The position numbers and the translations under genes are program-made. The notes under the pieces are model-generated. The model saw only the letters and a list, made by a program, of their open reading frames with translations, searched no databases and was not told the origin of the DNA. Shown piece after piece: positions 27,002 to 36,411 of a stretch of DNA of 50,728 nt (positions within the stretch are counted from its first letter, which is position 1; every line of letters starts with the position of its first letter). Source of the DNA: Oscillospiraceae bacterium. Lineage in GTDB: Bacteria; Bacillota; Clostridia; Oscillospirales; CAG-272. The stretch is from positions 1 through 50,728 of the forward strand of contig SVUC01000001.1 of NCBI GenBank assembly GCA_015063455.1, in the 5' to 3' direction.

Positions 27002-27937
27002 ATGACTGAAAATTTAACAGCTCTTGCATCATTGATACAGGAGTACAATAATGAACAGATAAACGCCGATCAAAAAATTGAAATTAAATACAGCGAACCA
27101 ATGAGCCGTCATACATCTTTTCGTATTGGCGGCATCGCTGATTTATATCTGATTCCGCAAAGTATGTCATCTTTTGTTGATCTCTGCGGAATGGTAAAGA
27201 AAACCGGTGCAAAATACTATATTCTCGGAAACGGATCAAATGTTTTGTTCGCAGATGAAGGATACGCGGGTGCCGTTATTTCAACAGCTAACCTTTGCAG
27301 GATTTCTGTTGACGGAAACCGGGTCGAAGCTGAATCAGGTGCGCTCCTGAATCTTGTGTGTAAGGCAGTGCGTGATCACTCGCTCACGGGTATGGAGTTT
27401 GCATATGGGATCCCCGGCAGCGTTGGCGGAGCCGTGTTTATGAATGCAGGAGCATATAATAAAGAGATCGCGTGTGTACTCAAAGAAAGTACATATCTCG
27501 ATATGTCAGATTTCAGCGTTCATACAATCACAAACGCTGAACATAACTTCGGATATAGAGAGAGCGTATACAGATCGAATAATTATCTGATCCTCTCGGC
27601 TGTCTTTGAACTTGAATTGGGGAATAAAGAGGTTATTTCCGATACGATGAACGATTATATGAATCGCAGAATATCTAAGCAGCCCCTTGATTACCCGAGT
27701 GCCGGAAGTATTTTCAAAAGATATCCCGGAAGGTATACGTCACAGATGATCGATGAATGCGGGCTGAAGGGATATCAGATTGGCGGGGCACAGGTTTCAG
27801 AGAAGCACGCGGGATTTATAATCAATCGCGGCGGGGCTACCGCTGAAGATGTTCTTGCGCTTGTTGATCATATTAAAAAGTGCGTATATGATAAATTCGA
27901 GTGTAAGATCGAGTGCGAAGTCATTCAGGTAAAATAG
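27002..27937 (+). CDS. murB: UDP-N-acetylenolpyruvoylglucosamine reductase
   Basis: 'HTSFRIGG', 'ILGNGSNVL', 'GIPGSVGGAVFMNAGAY', 'PSAGSIFK' and 'GGAQVSEKHAGFIIN'. Confidence 0.9.
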   Translation: MTENLTALASLIQEYNNEQINADQKIEIKYSEPMSRHTSFRIGGIADLYLIPQSMSSFVDLCGMVKKTGAKYYILGNGSNVLFADEGYAGAVISTANLCRISVDGNRVEAESGALLNLVCKAVRDHSLTGMEFAYGIPGSVGGAVFMNAGAYNKEIACVLKESTYLDMSDFSVHTITNAEHNFGYRESVYRSNNYLILSAVFELELGNKEVISDTMNDYMNRRISKQPLDYPSAGSIFKRYPGRYTSQMIDECGLKGYQIGGAQVSEKHAGFIINRGGATAEDVLALVDHIKKCVYDKFECKIECEVIQVK

Positions 27938-27940
27938 AAA

Positions 27941-28669
27941 ATGGAATCCTTTTCAAAAAAAGTCAAAACGCAGATCGAGAATGACGAAATAAAGAAAAAG
28001 TGCTGCAGACGGATTTTTACATCAATTCTTGAACTCAGATCAGAGAAAAAGAACGATCTGACAGATAAGATCTCAGAGATATACAAGAATATAAAGTGTG
28101 AGAACTGTACAGTTTCATTCTTGAAGGCGATTTTTGTGCTCTACGGATCGGTGACAGATCCCGAGAAAACATACCATCTCGATTTTTCGTTTTCACACGA
28201 GAGAATGTGCGAACTCATCGAATCTGTTCTCGCAGATTTTGGTTGTGATTTCAAGAGAACAGTCAGAAAAGATAAGTTTGTTTTGTATATCAAAGACAGC
28301 TCCGCGATTGAGGAATTTTTTGTATCGATCGGAGCAAATGCCGCAGCATTTGATATTATGAACGTGAAGATAGTTCACGAATTCAGAAATTCGGTAAACA
28401 GACAGGTCAACTGCGATACCGCAAATATTGAAAAGCAGCTTCAGGCGGTAAAAAAATATACAGACGCGATAGGTAAGCTTATCGAGACCGGAAAAATTGA
28501 TTCACTCCCAACAGAACTCAGAGAAACAGCTGTCCTCAGATATGAGAACGACCAGCTGAGTCTCACAGACCTTGGAAAGCTGCTAAATCCGCAGGTCTCA
28601 AAATCGGGAATAAAACACCGACTCGATAAAATCCTCGCTCTTGCCGAGGAGCTATTAAAAACAGATTAA
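27941..28669 (+). CDS. whiA: WhiA-like DNA-binding protein, unusually short (242 aa)
   Basis: 'FLKAIFVLYGSVTDPEKTYHLDF', 'NSVNRQVNCDTANIEKQ' and the C-terminal HTH 'LSLTDLGKLLNPQVSKSGIKHRLDKI' match WhiA. The N-terminal region is much shorter than the ~310 aa proteins I recall. Confidence 0.7.
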   Translation: MESFSKKVKTQIENDEIKKKCCRRIFTSILELRSEKKNDLTDKISEIYKNIKCENCTVSFLKAIFVLYGSVTDPEKTYHLDFSFSHERMCELIESVLADFGCDFKRTVRKDKFVLYIKDSSAIEEFFVSIGANAAAFDIMNVKIVHEFRNSVNRQVNCDTANIEKQLQAVKKYTDAIGKLIETGKIDSLPTELRETAVLRYENDQLSLTDLGKLLNPQVSKSGIKHRLDKILALAEELLKTD

Positions 28670-28682
28670 ATCAGGAGGAAAT

Positions 28683-31600
28683 ATGGGCTCTTTCGTTCAT
28701 CTGCATCTTCATAGTGAATACAGCTTGCTCGACGGAGCCTGCCGTATTTCCGATATACCAAAAGCCGCTAAATTAGCGGGACAGAACGCCGTAGCAATAA
28801 CCGATCACGGAGTCATGTACGGCGTTGTCGACTTTTATAAAGCCTGCAAAAAAGAAGGAATAAAACCCATCATCGGATGTGAGGTTTACGTTGCAAGACG
28901 AAGTATGTACGACAAGGAACGAGAATTTGACTCGGGAAGCGCACACCTTGTTCTTCTCGTGAAGAATAAAAAGGGGTGGGATAATCTCATTACCCTCGTT
29001 TCAAAGGGATTTATTGACGGATTCTATTCAAGACCTCGCATTGATAACGAGCTTCTCGAGAAACATTCAGAGGGACTTGTGTGTCTCTCGGCTTGCCTTG
29101 CGGGGTATATTCCTCGCTGTATCGTAGCAGGTGAATACGAAAAAGCTGAAGAATATGCAAGACACCTCGACGGAATATTCGGACGAGGAAATTTCTATCT
29201 TGAGCTCCAGGATCACGGACTTCGAGATGATGACGTGGTGTGCGAAGGAATCAGAAGAATATCCGAGAAAACGGGTATTCCTATGGTCGCAACCAACGAC
29301 GTGCATTATATTAAAAAATCCGATTCTGAAACACAAGCGATCTTGATGTGCATACAGACGAACAACGTCATTACAGACGGTAAGCCGATCGGATTTGAAA
29401 CAGACGAATTCTATTTCAAGAATACTTTTGAGATGGAAAAGCTTTTCTCGGCGTACGCAGATGCGTGTGAAAACACACAGAAGATCGCGGATATGTGCGA
29501 ATTTGATTTTGAATTCGGCAAGACAAAATTGCCTCGTTATAAGCCCGAGAACGGTATGCATCCCGATGAATACTTAAAGAAACTTGCGTATGACGGACTT
29601 GAGAAAAAATCCGCAGACGGTCACATAGTGTTTGATGATAAGAGACCGCGCAAAGTTTACGTAGAACGAATAGAATACGAGCTTTCTGTTATCGCAAAAA
29701 TGGGGTACAGCGAGTATTATCTTATCGTTTGGGATTTTGTTAATCATTCAAAAGAGTGCGGAATTCCGGTCGGACCGGGACGAGGATCAGGTGCGGGAAG
29801 TATAGTTGCATATCTTGTCGGTATCACCGATATAGATTCCATCAAATTCGATCTTTTGTTCGAGAGATTCCTCAACCCCGAAAGAGTCAGTATGCCTGAC
29901 TTCGATATCGACTTCTGCTATGACAGACGCGACGAAGCGATCGAATATGTTAGGGACAAATACGGCGACGATCATACAGCACAGATCGTTACGTTCGGAA
30001 CTCTTGCGGCAAAAGCGGCAGTACGAGATGTCGGACGCGCACTCGGAATGTCATATAGCGAGGTCGATGTAGTAGCTAAGTTAATTCCGCAGGAGCTTGG
30101 AATCACTCTTGAAAAGGCTATGAATAATAAGGATCTTCGTGCAATGTACGATGACGATGACCGTGTCCGTAAGCTCATAGATACAGCATCAGCTCTTGAG
30201 GGAATGCCCCGACACGCATCTACACACGCGGCAGGCGTAGTTATAACCGAAGATCCCGTTACATCGTACGTTCCCGTATCAACAAATAACGGAGTGATAG
30301 TCACTCAGTTTGATATGGACACAATAGCTGAGCTCGGACTTCTCAAATTCGACTTCCTCGCGCTCAGATATCTTACAATTATAAATAATGCAGAGCTTCA
30401 GATCAGGGAAAACAACCCCGATTTTGATCTTACAAAGGTTGACATATCTGATCCGCAGACATACGATACGATCTCATCCGGCAGATGCGACGGCGTTTTT
30501 CAGCTTGAATCTGCAGGAATGAGACAAATGCTGACACAGCTCAAGCCTCGGTGCCTCGACGACATTATTGCCGCGATCGCGCTTTACCGTCCCGGCCCGA
30601 TGGATTCAATTCCGAAATATATTGAAGCAAGACACGATAAATCGAAGATCAAATACTGTACACCGAGGCTTGCGCCGATACTTGATGTGACCTATGGATG
30701 TATCGTATATCAGGAACAGGTAATGCAGATATTCCGTGAGATCGCGGGATACTCTTTCGGTCACGCTGACGTTGTACGCCGTGCGATCTCCAAGAAGAAG
30801 CAGGATGTCCTCGACGGCGAGAGACAGGCGTTTATCGACGGTGCAGTATCTCAAGGAATCGCTGAAGAAGATGCGGTGACTCTTTTTGAAGATATCGTAA
30901 GCTTCGCAAATTATGCGTTCAATAAAAGTCACGCAGCAGCATACGCTGTACTTTCATTTAGAACAGCATACCTCAAAACTCATTATCCGCGAGAATACGA
31001 GAGCGCACTTCTCACATCCGTCATGTCGTCAACCGATAAGCTTGCAGAGTATATTGCCGATTGCTCAAAGCAGAGGATCAAGATACTTCCGCCCGATATA
31101 AACCGAAGCTACTCATCCTTCCACGTTGAGGGGGATGCGATCAGATTCGGACTTGCGGCAATGAAAAATGTAAGTCAGTCGTTTATAGATCAAATCGTTC
31201 GCGAAAGACAACTTCGCGGAGAATTCGAAGATTTTGACGATTTTATCGACCGTACATCCGAGATAGGAATGAACAAACGACAGCTTGAGGTTCTGATTAA
31301 ATCGGGATCACTTGATTCTCTCGGAATCGCAAGGAGCAGACTTCTCGCTGTTTACGAAACGGTTCTTGACAAAAAAAGCGGTCCTTCATCCGATGTGATC
31401 GAAGGACAGATCGGACTTTTCGATCTTGAAACATCAGTCTCAGTACCGAAAAAAGCGAGAATAGAATTCCCGCAGATCGACGAGTTTTCTGCAAAAGAAA
31501 AGCTCTTTTATGAAAAAGAAAGCTGCGGACTATATTTGTCAGGACATATTCTCGATGACTACAAGATTCACGAATCTGTTATCTCACCCACGAAAATATC

Positions 31601-32285
31601 GGATATAAGAGCATCATTCAGAGAAGACGAAGTAGACGGAGAGAGTGAGGTCTCTGTTGGAGATCAGCTCAGTCCGAATGTTCCTCAATTTAGCGATAAG
31701 AGTCTTGTGACGATCGCGGGAATAATCACAAAGAAAACGAATAAGCAAACAAAAAACGGAGATCAGATGGCTTTTGTCAACATTGAGGACAGAACATCAT
31801 CGATCGAGTTGATCGTTTTTCCGAAAGTACTTGCAAAGTACGTCCACCTGCTTCTTGTAGATTCTCTTGTTGCTGTCAGAGGACGAATCAGCGTAAGAGA
31901 AGATGAAGATGTGAAAATTCTTATTGATACTGTAATTCCATTGGTACAGGACAGCGAAAAGGATAAGATTCCGACTCAAGATCAGCTTGAGGGCGATAAA
32001 TCGGCAGAGAATAAGAGCTCTGATGTGCAGACTGAAATCGCGAAGAAAGTATCACCTCAGCCGACGCAGATAAAGAAGATCTACCTTCGCACACCGAGTG
32101 CTGATTCTCAGGAATATAAACGTTCACGTGCGATATGCGAGATCTTCTCAGGATCGGTACAGGCTGTATTTTATGTCTCGGATAAAAAAGAATATCTCGA
32201 AGATAAGCTTTATATTTCCGCAAACGAATTTGTTATCGGTGAACTCAGAGAGATTCTCGGAGACGATAACGTTGTCGTAAGATAA
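28683..32285 (+). CDS. dnaE: DNA polymerase III alpha subunit (DnaE type)
   Basis: PHP domain 'HLHLHSEYSLLDG', 'GPGRGSGAGSIVAY', 'PDFDIDF', 'FQLESAGM' and 'FNKSHAAAY'. 1200 aa. Confidence 0.95.
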   Translation: MGSFVHLHLHSEYSLLDGACRISDIPKAAKLAGQNAVAITDHGVMYGVVDFYKACKKEGIKPIIGCEVYVARRSMYDKEREFDSGSAHLVLLVKNKKGWDNLITLVSKGFIDGFYSRPRIDNELLEKHSEGLVCLSACLAGYIPRCIVAGEYEKAEEYARHLDGIFGRGNFYLELQDHGLRDDDVVCEGIRRISEKTGIPMVATNDVHYIKKSDSETQAILMCIQTNNVITDGKPIGFETDEFYFKNTFEMEKLFSAYADACENTQKIADMCEFDFEFGKTKLPRYKPENGMHPDEYLKKLAYDGLEKKSADGHIVFDDKRPRKVYVERIEYELSVIAKMGYSEYYLIVWDFVNHSKECGIPVGPGRGSGAGSIVAYLVGITDIDSIKFDLLFERFLNPERVSMPDFDIDFCYDRRDEAIEYVRDKYGDDHTAQIVTFGTLAAKAAVRDVGRALGMSYSEVDVVAKLIPQELGITLEKAMNNKDLRAMYDDDDRVRKLIDTASALEGMPRHASTHAAGVVITEDPVTSYVPVSTNNGVIVTQFDMDTIAELGLLKFDFLALRYLTIINNAELQIRENNPDFDLTKVDISDPQTYDTISSGRCDGVFQLESAGMRQMLTQLKPRCLDDIIAAIALYRPGPMDSIPKYIEARHDKSKIKYCTPRLAPILDVTYGCIVYQEQVMQIFREIAGYSFGHADVVRRAISKKKQDVLDGERQAFIDGAVSQGIAEEDAVTLFEDIVSFANYAFNKSHAAAYAVLSFRTAYLKTHYPREYESALLTSVMSSTDKLAEYIADCSKQRIKILPPDINRSYSSFHVEGDAIRFGLAAMKNVSQSFIDQIVRERQLRGEFEDFDDFIDRTSEIGMNKRQLEVLIKSGSLDSLGIARSRLLAVYETVLDKKSGPSSDVIEGQIGLFDLETSVSVPKKARIEFPQIDEFSAKEKLFYEKESCGLYLSGHILDDYKIHESVISPTKISDIRASFREDEVDGESEVSVGDQLSPNVPQFSDKSLVTIAGIITKKTNKQTKNGDQMAFVNIEDRTSSIELIVFPKVLAKYVHLLLVDSLVAVRGRISVREDEDVKILIDTVIPLVQDSEKDKIPTQDQLEGDKSAENKSSDVQTEIAKKVSPQPTQIKKIYLRTPSADSQEYKRSRAICEIFSGSVQAVFYVSDKKEYLEDKLYISANEFVIGELREILGDDNVVVR

Positions 32286-32405
32286 TTACCGATGAAAATT
32301 AACAGTATAGATCAAAAAATCAGACTCTGTTAATATCGGATTCAAAAATTAAGAGTATAATTTATGCAGGAAAAGAAAAATAAGTAACGAAAGGTCAGAT
32401 GCTTG

Positions 32406-35252
32406 ATGAATCAAAATGGCAGAGCACGCGTGAATTGGGGAATGGAAACGCTCAGAGTCCTCGGTATCATTGCAAAAGTGCTCCTCAGAGTGTTGTCGTA
32501 TTTCTTCAATATTCTTATGACAGTTCTTCTGATCGGATTGATCACGGGAATAATCGTAGGAACAGTATTTATTATTTACGTCAACAATTATCTTGATCTT
32601 GAGATAGATCCCAATACTATTGTCCAAGTCAATAAAGACTCAATAACCCGTGTTTACTATATGGATTATGAGACAGAGGAGGACAGAATAAACCGTAACG
32701 GAACACCTGTTGAGATAGAAGATCAAAGATTGTCCGGCGGTGAAAATACGATTGCCGTATCGTATAGTCAGCTTCCCGAGATGCTGAAAAAAGCATTTAT
32801 TGCAATTGAGGACAAGCGTTTCTTGAAGCACAATGGCGTTGACTGGATCACAACAGGAAAAGCTGTGTTTAAGTATTTCTTTGGCGGTGACGGCGGCGGA
32901 TCGACTATCACTCAGCAGCTGATTAAAAATGTCACAGGTGAAAACGAGGTTACGATCCAGCGAAAGGTTGAGGAGATCTTCCGTGCGATCAACCTTGAAA
33001 AAGTAAAGAGTAAAGAAGAGATCCTTGAGGCATATATGAATATCATATACCTCGGGAATAACTGCGATGGCGTACAGGCTGCAGCAAACTATTATTTCAA
33101 CAAAGACGTATCAGAGCTTTCACTTGTTGAATGTGCAGCGATTGCTTCTATAGTAAAGAACCCTTCGCAGTACGAGCCGAAATATCACGACGAGGATAGA
33201 ATCGTTACCGTAAACGGTAAAGAAATTCTTCGTGAAGGTAACAAATCAAGACGTGCTGACGTTCTTTGGACAATGTGGCGCGAGGGATATATTACCGAGG
33301 CAGAACGTGATGCTGCGTGCGAGGAAGAGCTTGTTATTGCTTCTCATAACGATGATGAAGAAAACAAACTCGGACCTGGAATGACTCTTTATAATTGGTA
33401 CACCGAGTCGCTTATTACAAATCTCATCAAGGATTTTATGGAACTGTATAATATTGAAGAGACTGCTGCAAGTCAGATGGTATTCTACAGTGGACTTAAG
33501 ATCTATACACCTATGGATCCCGAAGTTCAGAATATTGTTGAGATGGTATACGAAAATCCCGATGAGTATTTCATGTCTGTCGGAAAGGGAATTCTGCCGG
33601 AGTCAGCGTGTGTTGTTACTCATCCATATACTAATGATGTTCTCGCAATCGTAGGAGGAAAGGGAGAGAAGACACTTAATCGAGGTACAAACCGTGCATA
33701 CGGTAAATTTGCAGTAAGACCGCCGGGATCGTCCATCAAACCTCTGTCTGTGTACGCTCCCGCACTCGATGCAGGACTGATCACATATGGATCTGTAATT
33801 GATGATACACCTCTTTATTTCAATGAAAAAGAACTTGTAGCTGCCACAGAAGACACCGAAGCCGTAATCGAATACAAGCCTTACCCCGAAAACTATCCGA
33901 ATGTCTATAAGGGACTCACAACGATCAACAGCGCGATCACCCGTTCTGTAAACACGATCGCTATGAAAGTTCTTCAGATGTACGGAATAGATAATTCCTT
34001 CAACTTTATGAAAAACGAGCTTGGTTTTGACAGCCTTATAGAAGTCGGAACTAACTCGAACGGCGAGACTTATACAGACCGCGGACTTGCTGCTCTTGCT
34101 CTCGGTCAGCCGAACCGCGGTGTTACTCTCGTCGAGATGACAGGTGCTTACTCGATCTTCCTAAATAAAGGTGTCTACAGCGATCCCAAGCTTTATCTTT
34201 ATGTTGAAGATGTTGACGGAAACGTTATTCTCGACAATACAGACGATGAAGTTAATATCGTTATCAGCGAAGAAACCGCTTCAATTATGACCGTAATGCT
34301 CCAGAAGGTTATGAATGAAGGTACAGGTACAGCGTGCCAGCTCAGATGGTCAGTTGATGTAGCTGGTAAAACCGGTACAACAACAGCGGACTTTGACAGA
34401 TACTTCGTTGGATATACACCTTATTATGTTTGTGGTGTGTGGACAGGTTATGACAACCCTCAGTCTCTCAGTTCATTCGGACTTAGCCCCTCACTTCACG
34501 TTTGGGATAAAGTTATGACACTTCTTCACGAGGATAAAATTGCAAAAGCAACAGCAGGAACCGAACCCCTCAAAAAGTTTGAATTGGCACCCGGTGTAAT
34601 TCAGGTAACTTATTGTAAGGATTCCGGACTCCTCTGTACAGATGCGTGTGCACTTGACCCGAGAGGCTCGAGATCAGAGGTTGGATATTTCACAAGAGAA
34701 ACAGCTCCTAAGGAATACTGTGAGACTCACGTTGTAGTATTGCGCGATACTTCCAAAAACCTCATTGCAAGCCCAAACTGTAATCCCGAGAACTGTGTAG
34801 AGGTTGCACTGATCAGAGTTGAGGACAGAAGCTTCCCGAAGCAGATATACGTTGAAGATGCTCAGTACGTTTACCGCGAGATGCCGTCAAGCGTCAAGCC
34901 GGGCGGCTGGTGGGGAGATCCATTCTTCATCAATATGCTCGATGAAGATGAATACTGCGGAACTTCGCATATGTCAACACCTTATAACGCATATTGCTAT
35001 CACCACTGCGATTATCGTCCGTGGGGAGGAAATCCACCTGCTGAAAACAGCGGATATACTCCTCCTGATGTCGATACTCCCGAGCCGGATGATACAACAG
35101 ATACAGCTCCGCCCGACGATGATTTCGGTGACGAGGATAACATCTACGATACCGACGAAACAGAAGATGACGTTGATGAAACATTAAACCTGTTCGATGA
35201 CGAGGAAGATGACGACAGAAACTTCTGGGACGATTGGTTCGACAGGGATTAG
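32406..35252 (+). CDS. Class A (PBP1A-type) bifunctional penicillin-binding protein with a Cys-rich and acidic C-terminal extension
   Basis: Glycosyltransferase motifs 'EDKRFLKHNGVD', 'GGSTITQQ' and 'RKVEE'. Transpeptidase motifs 'SSIKP', 'SVN' and 'KTGTT'. N-terminal TM anchor. Confidence 0.9.
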   Translation: MNQNGRARVNWGMETLRVLGIIAKVLLRVLSYFFNILMTVLLIGLITGIIVGTVFIIYVNNYLDLEIDPNTIVQVNKDSITRVYYMDYETEEDRINRNGTPVEIEDQRLSGGENTIAVSYSQLPEMLKKAFIAIEDKRFLKHNGVDWITTGKAVFKYFFGGDGGGSTITQQLIKNVTGENEVTIQRKVEEIFRAINLEKVKSKEEILEAYMNIIYLGNNCDGVQAAANYYFNKDVSELSLVECAAIASIVKNPSQYEPKYHDEDRIVTVNGKEILREGNKSRRADVLWTMWREGYITEAERDAACEEELVIASHNDDEENKLGPGMTLYNWYTESLITNLIKDFMELYNIEETAASQMVFYSGLKIYTPMDPEVQNIVEMVYENPDEYFMSVGKGILPESACVVTHPYTNDVLAIVGGKGEKTLNRGTNRAYGKFAVRPPGSSIKPLSVYAPALDAGLITYGSVIDDTPLYFNEKELVAATEDTEAVIEYKPYPENYPNVYKGLTTINSAITRSVNTIAMKVLQMYGIDNSFNFMKNELGFDSLIEVGTNSNGETYTDRGLAALALGQPNRGVTLVEMTGAYSIFLNKGVYSDPKLYLYVEDVDGNVILDNTDDEVNIVISEETASIMTVMLQKVMNEGTGTACQLRWSVDVAGKTGTTTADFDRYFVGYTPYYVCGVWTGYDNPQSLSSFGLSPSLHVWDKVMTLLHEDKIAKATAGTEPLKKFELAPGVIQVTYCKDSGLLCTDACALDPRGSRSEVGYFTRETAPKEYCETHVVVLRDTSKNLIASPNCNPENCVEVALIRVEDRSFPKQIYVEDAQYVYREMPSSVKPGGWWGDPFFINMLDEDEYCGTSHMSTPYNAYCYHHCDYRPWGGNPPAENSGYTPPDVDTPEPDDTTDTAPPDDDFGDEDNIYDTDETEDDVDETLNLFDDEEDDDRNFWDDWFDRD

Positions 35253-35261
35253 AATAAAAGC

Positions 35262-35306
35262 AAAAATCACCTCATAAAATGCCTATGGGGTGATTTTTTG
35301 TTTTTT
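35262..35306 (+). terminator. Rho-independent terminator after the PBP gene
   Basis: aaaatcacctcata...tatggggtgatttt hairpin followed by ttttgtttttt. Confidence 0.6.
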
Positions 35307-35822
35307 AGGAAAATTTCCAGATCAGTCAGATGTGAATTAAATATTATTCTGAGTAATATTCCGCTAATAAGTCTCGCTGCATTTTTGTGCTGTATCGGCG
35401 GAATAATTCTTTGGATAAACGGCGGAAGTACGTGGTATATATTAAAGAACAGCTTAAGCGAAAGATATTTGTTTTCACAAACGGGTATTTTCCTGCTGAA
35501 TTGTCTAACATACGGAATATATGGATGCCTCATTGCAAGTATGTTTCTATATACCAAAAGAAGAGTTATAGAAGTTAATAAAGGATTGGTTGTATTTTTA
35601 CTGACTGTTTTATCATACCTATCATTGCTGTTATGGTATGTTATTCTTTTCTGTACTAGGCTTTCATTGTTTTCATTGGTTTTCCTCGCCATATCCATTG
35701 TGTTGAAAATTACCTGTATCATATATGCAAAAAGAATATATGTTCTTTTGTTCACAATCTTATTATTACTTACCGGCCTTGAATGTGTATTTGTGTTCTT
35801 TAGCTGCCGTGTGATTTTTTAG
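35298..35822 (+). CDS. Hypothetical polytopic membrane protein (about 5 TM), very AT-rich gene
   Basis: The 174 aa product is dominated by hydrophobic helices. The competing antisense ORF (35267-35755) looks random. The TTG start sits in the terminator T-run, with GGGGTGA five nt upstream, so the start is uncertain. Confidence 0.4.
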   Translation: MFFRKISRSVRCELNIILSNIPLISLAAFLCCIGGIILWINGGSTWYILKNSLSERYLFSQTGIFLLNCLTYGIYGCLIASMFLYTKRRVIEVNKGLVVFLLTVLSYLSLLLWYVILFCTRLSLFSLVFLAISIVLKITCIIYAKRIYVLLFTILLLLTGLECVFVFFSCRVIF

Positions 35823-35851
35823 AAATGTAGTATAATAATTGAAACATCCTA

Positions 35852-35880
35852 TTGACAATTATAAACCAATATTGTATAAT
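35852..35880 (+). promoter_or_regulatory. Consensus sigma-A promoter (TTGACA-17-TATAAT)
   Basis: TTGACA 35852-35857, a 17 nt spacer, and TATAAT 35875-35880, 35 nt upstream of the lipoprotein ATG. Confidence 0.55.
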
Positions 35881-35915
35881 GAATTTGATCTTATATCTGC
35901 TTATGGAGGTAAAAA

Positions 35916-36353
35916 ATGAAAAAGATCAAATATTTTGCTTTCGCAGTAGCTATGCTTATGCTCTGTATGTCAGTTGTATCTTGCGGTTCCGCAAGCAAAA
36001 AGGTTGAGACAACATTCACAGTTTCACTTGTCCTCAATGATGCACCGTACATCGACGGTTATACTTACACCATTAAGAGAAGTGAAGATGATCCCGCAAC
36101 GATTCTTGATGCTGTTCGTGAAGCTCTTCAGGCAGTTGATGTTGAGACAACAATAGATGAAAGCGGCTTCCTCGCTAATGTTATTGTTGATGGAACAGTT
36201 TACGCGAACTTTGCAACGGAAGAAGAATATGTTTATTCGTGGATCTATACTGTAGACGGTCAGTCAGCCCCCGGCAAAGCAAGCGATGTACAGATTAAAG
36301 AAGGCTGGCATATCATTTATACTTATACAAAGGCTCCGCTTGAGGAAGAATAA
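35916..36353 (+). CDS. Small lipoprotein, DUF4430-like (transcobalamin-like beta-grasp) domain
   Basis: Signal peptide 'MKKIKYFAFAVAMLMLCMSVVSCGS' with a lipobox. The C-terminal block 'YSWIYTVDGQSAPGKASDVQIKEGWHIIYTY' resembles the DUF4430 signature as I recall it. Confidence 0.6.
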   Translation: MKKIKYFAFAVAMLMLCMSVVSCGSASKKVETTFTVSLVLNDAPYIDGYTYTIKRSEDDPATILDAVREALQAVDVETTIDESGFLANVIVDGTVYANFATEEEYVYSWIYTVDGQSAPGKASDVQIKEGWHIIYTYTKAPLEEE

Positions 36354-36371
36354 TTAAAAAAATTATTTCGT

Positions 36372-36411
36372 AAAAAATACCGCAGTATCAAACTGCGGTA
36401 TTACTTTTTTT
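36372..36411. terminator. Bidirectional terminator between the lipoprotein gene and cysK
   Basis: Perfect 11 bp stem aataccgcagt / actgcggtatt with a 5 nt loop. A-run upstream and T-run downstream. Confidence 0.75.

Noticed and set aside
32349-32627. Minus-strand 92 aa ORF and plus-strand 65 aa ORF (32399-32596) at the 5' end of the PBP gene.
   Set aside because: Both overlap the N-terminal cytoplasmic/TM region of a well-supported class A PBP, and neither has supporting signals.
35267-35755. 162 aa minus-strand ORF competing with the plus-strand membrane protein ORF (35298-35822).
   Set aside because: The translation has no hydrophobic periodicity or motifs and looks like an AT-rich shadow frame. 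The plus-strand product forms about five clean TM helices, so the plus strand was preferred, with only moderate confidence.
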